Part shown: piece by piece, positions 57,799-64,000 of the stretch
How the letters are laid out: each line of letters starts with the position of its first letter
How positions within the stretch are numbered: the stretch's first letter is position 1
Assembly (NCBI GenBank): GCA_944364615.1
Contig: CALVWF010000010.1
Location: 1,388 to 65,387 of the forward strand
DNA: 64,000 nt
From: an uncultured Clostridia bacterium
GTDB taxonomy: Bacteria; Bacillota; Clostridia; Christensenellales; CAG-314
Direction of reading: 5' to 3'
Translations under genes and position numbers: made by a program
The notes under the pieces: generated by a model
What the model was told of the DNA's origin: nothing
What the model saw: only the letters and a program-made list of their open reading frames with translations
Databases searched by the model: none

Positions 57799-58019
57799 GT
57801 TTCGCGCCTGCAGGCTGAGGCTGACAGTCGTTGCATATTTATACATTGCATTTAAATAAAAATACAAATTTATGTATAAATATTTAATAAATATTTTTAC
57901 ATCAAATATTTTAGACTTTTTGATTAAAATATGCTGTATAAATATAAAAATAACTATTGCAATGAAGGTTTAAGTGTGGTATAATTATACTTACAGACAG
58001 CAAACGTAGGAGGAAGGCT

Positions 58020-59984
58020 ATGGGTAAAACTTATCAAGCCAAAGATATACAGGTTCTGGAAGGGTTGGACGCGGTTCGTATGCGTCCCGGTATGTACATC
58101 GGTACTACCGGCAACAAGGGATTGCATCATTTGTTGTGGGAAATAGTAGACAACGCTGTGGACGAGGCCACCAACGGCTACGCCACCAAGGTAGAGATTG
58201 TGTTGCACAAGGATGGCAGCGTTACCGTTTGTGACGACGGAAGAGGCATTCCCGTCGACATCCATCCGCAGTTGAAAATTAGCGGTGTGGAGGTGGTTTA
58301 CACACAGTTGCACGCCGGCGGTAAGTTTAACAACGAAAACTACGCTTATTCGGGAGGATTGCACGGCGTAGGCGCGTCGGTGACCAATGCTTTGTCCGAA
58401 TGGCTGACCGTTCAGGTTGCCAAGGACGGCAAGTTGTACGAGCAGCATTTTCACAGCCCCAAGGACGAGGCTACGGGCAAGATTTTAAGCGGTATTCCCG
58501 TTGCTCCGTTAAAGGAAATAGGCGTCACGGACAAGCACGGTACGAAGGTGACTTTTCTTGCGGACGCAAGAGTGTTTAATCACATACAGATGAGTTACGA
58601 CGTTATTTCCAAACGCGTCAAGGAACTTGCTTTTTTGAACAAGGGAATAGAGTTTGTTCTGACGGACGAAAGAGGAACGGACGAAGACGGAGGAGTGCTG
58701 ACCAACACTTACAAGTATGATGGAGGACTGAAAGACTTTGTGCTGTATCTCAACGAAAACAAGGCTCCTCTGCACCTCACTCCCATGTACTGGAAGGGGC
58801 AAAACGAAGTGCTGACAATGGAATTTGCCTTGCAGTACACCAGCAATTACACTGAAAACTTTCTTTCCTACGTCAATAACATACCCACCACGGAGGGTGG
58901 AATGCACGAGACGGGATTCAAGTCTGCAATGACCAAGGTGTTTAACGACTACGCGCGTCAGAACAATCTTATAAAACCTAAAGAAGACAATCTGTTGGGC
59001 GAAGATTTCCGTGAAGGTATTACCGTGGTGATGTCCGTCAAGATGGCAAACGTTCAGTTTGAGGGACAGACCAAGACCAAACTGGGAAATATAGAGGCTA
59101 AAACGGCGTGCGAAGCGTTGGCGACGGAAGCGTTTACCACATTGCTCAACGCAGATCCCAAGACAGCCGAAATAATTATCAAGAAATCCATTGCTTCCGC
59201 AAAGGTCAGGGAGGCCGCACGAAAAGCAAAGGAAGTCACCCGACAGAAAAACAGCATTTTCAATTCCACGCTGGTAGGAAAACTGGCAAGTTGTACCGGT
59301 CGCGATCCCAAGCAAAACGAACTGTTTATCGTGGAAGGCGACAGTGCGGGTGGCAGTGCAAAACAGGGACGTAACAGAAGATTTCAGGCAATACTTCCCC
59401 TTAAAGGAAAGCCGTTGAACGTGGAACGCAAGCGTATAGACCAGGTGTTGAGCAATGACGAAATACGTTCTATAATTTCCGCTCTCGACACGGGTATAGG
59501 GGAAGAAGATTTCAATATCGAAGATCTCAAATACGACAAAATAATCATATTGTCCGATGCCGACCAGGATGGCGCGCACATCCGCGCAATTTTGCTCACG
59601 TTTTTCTTCCGTTACATGAAAGAACTCATTACCGAAGGACACGTCTATATCGGTATGCCTCCGCTTTACAAGGTCAGCAAGAAGGACAAGGTCAGGTATG
59701 CCTACGATGATTTCGAATTGCAGCAGGTAGTGCAGGAATTCGGCAAAGGCTACGAATTACAGCGTTACAAGGGACTGGGTGAAATGAATGCCGAGCAGTT
59801 GTGGGAAACTACCCTGAATCCCGAAACACGCACTCTTATGAGAGTTACTATTGAAAATTTCAGCGAAGCGGAAAGAATGGTCACAACGCTTATGGGCGAT
59901 CAGGTGGACGCGCGCAAGGCTTACATTACTGAAAATGCCGACTTCAACAAAGACAACGACGCTCTGTTCGAAGAGTTGGTATAA
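58020..59984 (+). CDS. parE: Type IIA topoisomerase B subunit, probably ParE
   Basis: 'VRMRPGMYIG', 'GGLHGVG', 'VEGDSAGGSAK', 'DADQDG', 'RYKGLGEM'. Paired with an A subunit that lacks a GyrA-box. Confidence 0.75.
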   Translation: MGKTYQAKDIQVLEGLDAVRMRPGMYIGTTGNKGLHHLLWEIVDNAVDEATNGYATKVEIVLHKDGSVTVCDDGRGIPVDIHPQLKISGVEVVYTQLHAGGKFNNENYAYSGGLHGVGASVTNALSEWLTVQVAKDGKLYEQHFHSPKDEATGKILSGIPVAPLKEIGVTDKHGTKVTFLADARVFNHIQMSYDVISKRVKELAFLNKGIEFVLTDERGTDEDGGVLTNTYKYDGGLKDFVLYLNENKAPLHLTPMYWKGQNEVLTMEFALQYTSNYTENFLSYVNNIPTTEGGMHETGFKSAMTKVFNDYARQNNLIKPKEDNLLGEDFREGITVVMSVKMANVQFEGQTKTKLGNIEAKTACEALATEAFTTLLNADPKTAEIIIKKSIASAKVREAARKAKEVTRQKNSIFNSTLVGKLASCTGRDPKQNELFIVEGDSAGGSAKQGRNRRFQAILPLKGKPLNVERKRIDQVLSNDEIRSIISALDTGIGEEDFNIEDLKYDKIIILSDADQDGAHIRAILLTFFFRYMKELITEGHVYIGMPPLYKVSKKDKVRYAYDDFELQQVVQEFGKGYELQRYKGLGEMNAEQLWETTLNPETRTLMRVTIENFSEAERMVTTLMGDQVDARKAYITENADFNKDNDALFEELV

Positions 59985-59999
59985 AGGAGATACTACCAG

Positions 60000-62504
60000 A
60001 TGAAGCAGATGGATATATTTGATTTGCAAAATAAAGACGTAGAGAAGTTGCAGGACGGCAGTAATCTTATTTCCAAGCCTATGGAACTGGTGATGCACGA
60101 GTCCATGATGCCTTATGCCGAACACGTAATTTTAGACAGAGCGTTGCCGCGTGTGGAAGACGGTCTGAAACCCGTTCAGCGCCGTATACTTTATTCGATG
60201 TACGAACAGGGAGTAACTCCCGACAAGCCTTACCGCAAGTCGGCGCGTATTGTCGGTGACTGTCTGGGCAGATACCATCCTCACGGCGACTCGTCGGTAT
60301 ACGATGCGATGGTAAGAATGGCGCAGGACTTTTCGATGAACTGTCCTCTGATAGAAGGACAGGGAAACTTCGGCAACATTGACGGCGACAGTGCCGCCGC
60401 AATGCGTTACACCGAGGCGAGGCTTTCTCCGATTGCTCTCGAACTGTTGAAAGACATCGACAAGGACACCGTTCACTGGTCAAGAAACTTTGACGATACC
60501 ACCAAGGAACCGGATATGTTGCCGGGAAGATACCCCAATCTTCTGGTAAACGGTGCGAGCGGTATAGCGGTAGGTCTTGCCACAAACATTCCTCCTCACA
60601 ACCTTGCCGAGGTCATCGACGGCGTTATAGCGTACATCGACAACAAGAACATAACCTTGTCCGCAATGATGAAGATAATCAAAGGACCTGATTTTCCGAC
60701 GGGCGGTTACGTAATATGCGGCGACGGACTCAGACAGGCTTACGATACGGGTAAAGGCAAAGTGCTTATACGAGCAAAGGTTCACATAGAAGTCGCGCCC
60801 AACGACAGACGCAACATCGTCATTACCGAATTGCCTTACAACGTCAATAAGGCCGATCTGCTGATAAAAATCGCCGCCCTCAAAGAGGAGAAGAAAGACC
60901 AACTTGCAGGCATTTCGGAAATAGTGGACGAAAGCGACAAAGAGGGAATGCGCGCCGTCATCAAACTGCGCAAGGATTGCGACGCACAGTCTATACTCAA
61001 CATTTTGTACAAGTACACTTCGTTACAGACTACCTTCGGAATCAATATGGTTGCCATTGCCGACGGCAAACCGCAGTTGATGGGATTGCTGGATATTATT
61101 GCCTACTATACCGACTATCAGCGGGAAGTGATTTTGCGTCGCAGCAAGTTCGAACTGGAACAAGCCAAAGCAAGAGCACACATATTAGAGGGGTTGGTCA
61201 TAGCCGTCAAAAACATCGACGAAGTAGTCAAGATAATCAAGGAAGCCAACAGTACCACGGACGCCAAGCAGAAACTGCGTCTTGCGTTCAATCTGTCCGA
61301 GCGTCAGGCTCAGGCGATACTGGATCTGCGACTGGCACGCATTACCCGTCTGGAAGTCAGCAAACTGGTCAACGAGTTGAAGGAACTGGAAACTCAGATT
61401 GCAAGATTGCTTGTAATAATCAATTCCAAGACCGAACAGATGAACGTAATCAAGTCGGAACTTACCGCCATCAAACGCAACTACAAGACCAAGCGTTTCA
61501 GCGAAACCGTGGCGGACGAAATGCAGATAATCGTACACGCGGAAGACGATGAAAAACCGGTGGAAAATGTAGTCGTTGCAATTTCCGCAGGCAATACAGT
61601 CAAACGCATACCTATCAAAAACTTCAATCTTTCCAATAAAGACAGCGTCAGTTCCAATCTTACGGATATGCTGACGTGCGCGTGCGAAACGCTCACCAAC
61701 AGCAATGTTATGCTGTTTACAAATTACGGCAACTGTTATCAGACGGACGCGAGCAACATCCCCGAAACAAAGTACCGTGACAAGGGCAACGCTTTGTCGC
61801 AGATATTCAAAGACGTGCAGATGGGCGAATACCCCGTAAAACTTTTCGCCATGAGTCACGACAAGATGCCTCAGGGAGAAATTCTTATATTTACGCGTCA
61901 GGGAATGGTAAAGCGTTCGCCGTGGGAAGAATACAACCTGTTGAAGAGTTCCTTCCAAGGTTACAAAGGCAAGGAAGGGGACGAAGTGTTCCGTGTAGAA
62001 CAGGCTGTGGAAGGTTCGCAGATATTTTACGTTACCAACAAAGGCGGATGCACAAGATTCGACACTGCCGAAATACCGTTGCAGGGACGTGTGGCAGGCG
62101 GAGTAAAATGTATTACTCTGGGTGAAGGCGAGTACGTTGTGTTTGCAGGTCAGATTGTTCCCGACAAGGGCGAAGTGCTGATGATTACCAACAAGGGTTT
62201 CTGCAAACGCCTTCCCGTAAAAGATATAACGCGTCATGCCCGTAACTGCAAGGGGGCAAAGGGTATAGAATTCGGCGCGCAGAACGGAAGTTCGGTAGTT
62301 TATGCCGAATATGTAAAGGGCAATTCCTTCAACGTCGCTTTGCTTGACAAGGCAAACGCATTTGCCGTAACAAGCACCGAAGTCGCCGTCGAAAGCAAAA
62401 ACACCAAGGGCAAACTGCCTAAGGGCAGAAAAGCGGTAAACGTAGAAAAGGCGGTGGCCTATCTCACTGCGCCCGACAGCCGTTATCTCGGCGAAGACAA
62501 TTGA
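60000..62504 (+). CDS. parC: Type IIA topoisomerase A subunit, probably ParC
   Basis: 'DGLKPVQRR', 'YHPHGDSS', 'AAMRYTE'. No QxRGGxG GyrA-box at the start of the C-terminal domain. Confidence 0.75.
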   Translation: MKQMDIFDLQNKDVEKLQDGSNLISKPMELVMHESMMPYAEHVILDRALPRVEDGLKPVQRRILYSMYEQGVTPDKPYRKSARIVGDCLGRYHPHGDSSVYDAMVRMAQDFSMNCPLIEGQGNFGNIDGDSAAAMRYTEARLSPIALELLKDIDKDTVHWSRNFDDTTKEPDMLPGRYPNLLVNGASGIAVGLATNIPPHNLAEVIDGVIAYIDNKNITLSAMMKIIKGPDFPTGGYVICGDGLRQAYDTGKGKVLIRAKVHIEVAPNDRRNIVITELPYNVNKADLLIKIAALKEEKKDQLAGISEIVDESDKEGMRAVIKLRKDCDAQSILNILYKYTSLQTTFGINMVAIADGKPQLMGLLDIIAYYTDYQREVILRRSKFELEQAKARAHILEGLVIAVKNIDEVVKIIKEANSTTDAKQKLRLAFNLSERQAQAILDLRLARITRLEVSKLVNELKELETQIARLLVIINSKTEQMNVIKSELTAIKRNYKTKRFSETVADEMQIIVHAEDDEKPVENVVVAISAGNTVKRIPIKNFNLSNKDSVSSNLTDMLTCACETLTNSNVMLFTNYGNCYQTDASNIPETKYRDKGNALSQIFKDVQMGEYPVKLFAMSHDKMPQGEILIFTRQGMVKRSPWEEYNLLKSSFQGYKGKEGDEVFRVEQAVEGSQIFYVTNKGGCTRFDTAEIPLQGRVAGGVKCITLGEGEYVVFAGQIVPDKGEVLMITNKGFCKRLPVKDITRHARNCKGAKGIEFGAQNGSSVVYAEYVKGNSFNVALLDKANAFAVTSTEVAVESKNTKGKLPKGRKAVNVEKAVAYLTAPDSRYLGEDN

Positions 62505-62518
62505 AATTGAAATAGTTT

Positions 62519-62553
62519 AAACGTCACAATCGGCAGATTGTGACGTTTTATTT
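62519..62553 (+). terminator. Rho-independent terminator
   Basis: AAACGTCACAATC / GATTGTGACGTTT stem. Confidence 0.85.
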
Positions 62554-62690
62554 TACCTTTAAAACACGCCGTTGAGTGCTTTTGGAACAGACAGTGGTTG
62601 CTCAGTGGCATTTTTTTTGTCTTTGACGCAGACTGTTTTTGCGGTAGCGGGCATTTTAATGTAATTACCGTTACGTTAAATGCATCTGGG

Positions 62691-62719
62691 TAATATATGC
62701 CCGTTTGATTACATATTTT
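62691..62719 (+). promoter_or_regulatory. Sigma-E-like promoter of the polysaccharide deacetylase gene
   Basis: TAATATA-N14-CATATTTT. Confidence 0.5.
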
Positions 62720-62826
62720 ATACTGTCACATATGGTGCAAAAGTAGATATTTTTCGACACAAAACATTGATTTTCAGTATTGCGGTTGAGTTATAATTGC
62801 AACCGTGCTGTAAATGGGGAGGAAAT

Positions 62827-63570
62827 ATGAAAAAGATTTCTGCCGTTGCGGTATGTCTCGTATGCGTCATTATAGCATGTGTCGCAGGAGGTTACTCTTC
62901 CGTTTTTGCCGCTCAGCGCAAGATACCCGTGTACTGCGTGAACAGACAGGACAACAAAGTTTCCATCAGTTTTGACGCCGCGTGGGGAGCGGACAAGACA
63001 AGACAGATAATGGATGTCTGCGAACAGTACAACGTCAGGGCAACATTTTTCCTGGTGGGATTCTGGGTGGACAAATATCCCGAACTGACCAAGGAAATAC
63101 AGCAACGCGGCTTCGAGATAGGCACGCACAGTATGACGCACCCGCAAATGAGCAAGTTGAGCCGTGAAAACGTCATAAAGGAACTGTCGGAAAGCGCGGA
63201 CAAAATAACTAAATTGACATCAGTCCCAGTTACGCTGTTCCGTCCGCCCTTCGGTGACTACAACAACCAGTTGATAGAGTGCGCCGAGCAGTTGGGACTT
63301 TACGCCATTCAATGGAGCGTGGACAGCCTTGACTGGAAGGGGCTGGACGCAAGGAGTATTGCCGAGCGTGTACAGAAAATGAAGTCGGGAGATATAATTT
63401 TGTGTCACAACAACAGCGACCACATTGTGGAAGCGTTGCCGTTGATATTTTCCGCAGCCGAAAGCAAAGGCCTTACCTTTGTGCCCGTAGGCGAACTTAT
63501 TTACAAGGAAAATTTTACCGTTGATCATACAGGTAAACAATCTGCACTGTTAAACGGAGAAGGTACATAA
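62827..63570 (+). CDS. Polysaccharide deacetylase (PdaB-like, sporulation)
   Basis: 'SFDAAWG', 'ATFFLVGFW', 'EIGTHSMTH', 'LFRPPFG', 'WSVDSLDW', 'IILCHN'. Confidence 0.9.
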   Translation: MKKISAVAVCLVCVIIACVAGGYSSVFAAQRKIPVYCVNRQDNKVSISFDAAWGADKTRQIMDVCEQYNVRATFFLVGFWVDKYPELTKEIQQRGFEIGTHSMTHPQMSKLSRENVIKELSESADKITKLTSVPVTLFRPPFGDYNNQLIECAEQLGLYAIQWSVDSLDWKGLDARSIAERVQKMKSGDIILCHNNSDHIVEALPLIFSAAESKGLTFVPVGELIYKENFTVDHTGKQSALLNGEGT

Positions 63571-63582
63571 AGGAGAAGTATT

Positions 63583-64000
63583 ATGAACAACACACAAGTA
63601 ACGAGTAATTACGCAACGCTGTCAGGCAAGATCGTAAGTCTGCCGCAATTTTCTCACGAAGTCTACGGCGAAAAATTTTACGAAGTTATGCTTGAAGTAA
63701 AGAGATTGTCGCAGTCGGTGGATCTCATTCCCGTGTCGGTGTCCGAGCGTCTTATGACGGAAGGTCTGATTCAGTTGGGCAAGGAAATCACGGTTACGGG
63801 ACAGTTTCGCAGTTACAACAAAACGGTAGATGACAAAAGTAAACTGATGCTTACTGTATTTGCACGTGACATTACGGAAATATCCAGCGAAGTAAATCCC
63901 AACTGTATTCAGTTGGAAGGCTATATCTGCAAACTGCCCGTATTTCGTACGACGCCCTTTAACCGCGAGATATGCGACGTATTGCTTGCCGTCAACAGAC
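63583..64000 (+). CDS. ssb: Single-stranded DNA-binding protein, tandem-OB clostridial type (3' partial)
   Basis: SD AGGAG. 'FSHEVYGEKFY...RLS..DLIPV...GQFRSYN...LTVFA...LEGYICK.P.FRTTPFNREICD'. Runs off the window end. Confidence 0.8.
   Translation, partial: MNNTQVTSNYATLSGKIVSLPQFSHEVYGEKFYEVMLEVKRLSQSVDLIPVSVSERLMTEGLIQLGKEITVTGQFRSYNKTVDDKSKLMLTVFARDITEISSEVNPNCIQLEGYICKLPVFRTTPFNREICDVLLAVNR

Noticed and set aside
58020-62504. Annotation as gyrB-gyrA, or as quinolone-resistant
   Set aside because: No GyrA-box in the C-terminal domain, and the QRDR (HGDSSVYD) is wild-type-like.
1-64000. The many long antisense and alternate-frame ORFs in the track, and a search for CRISPR, tRNA, rRNA, integrase or transposase
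   Set aside because: The alternate ORFs overlap well-supported genes and lack motifs. None of those element types was recognisable by eye.

Overview
A 64 kb stretch of a spore-forming Clostridia-type chromosome (assignment inferred from gene content and promoter motifs). Nearly all genes are on the + strand. The first ~24 kb is accessory-like: a large repeat-stalk surface protein followed by a membrane-anchored protein with a C-terminal uL15-like domain, an ArsR/HMA/CadA metal-efflux module, a MarR + radical SAM pair, ZIP/DtxR, and a two-ATPase, three-permease ABC cluster. The rest is mostly housekeeping: rplU-prp-rpmA, pgi, hisS, deoC, FMN riboswitch-ribU, tsaE-tsaB-rimI, Mur ligase-ddl, murG, parE-parC-like genes and ssb. 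No CRISPR array, rRNA, tRNA or transposase was recognised. The strongest novel candidate is at 25.2-29.1 kb. It has an ECF sigma factor, an RsgI-like anti-sigma factor and an RsgI-domain lipoprotein. The sigma and lipoprotein genes share an identically spaced promoter-like motif. A structured 3' RNA behind the lipoprotein gene has two C-rich loops that are perfectly complementary to two nearby Shine-Dalgarno regions, one of them the sigma factor's own. Other leads are an unannotated 57-aa ORF divergent from a WYL regulator, the uL15-like membrane fusion, and several sporulation-sigma promoters on uncharacterised genes. All family assignments come from motif recognition by eye, without database searches.
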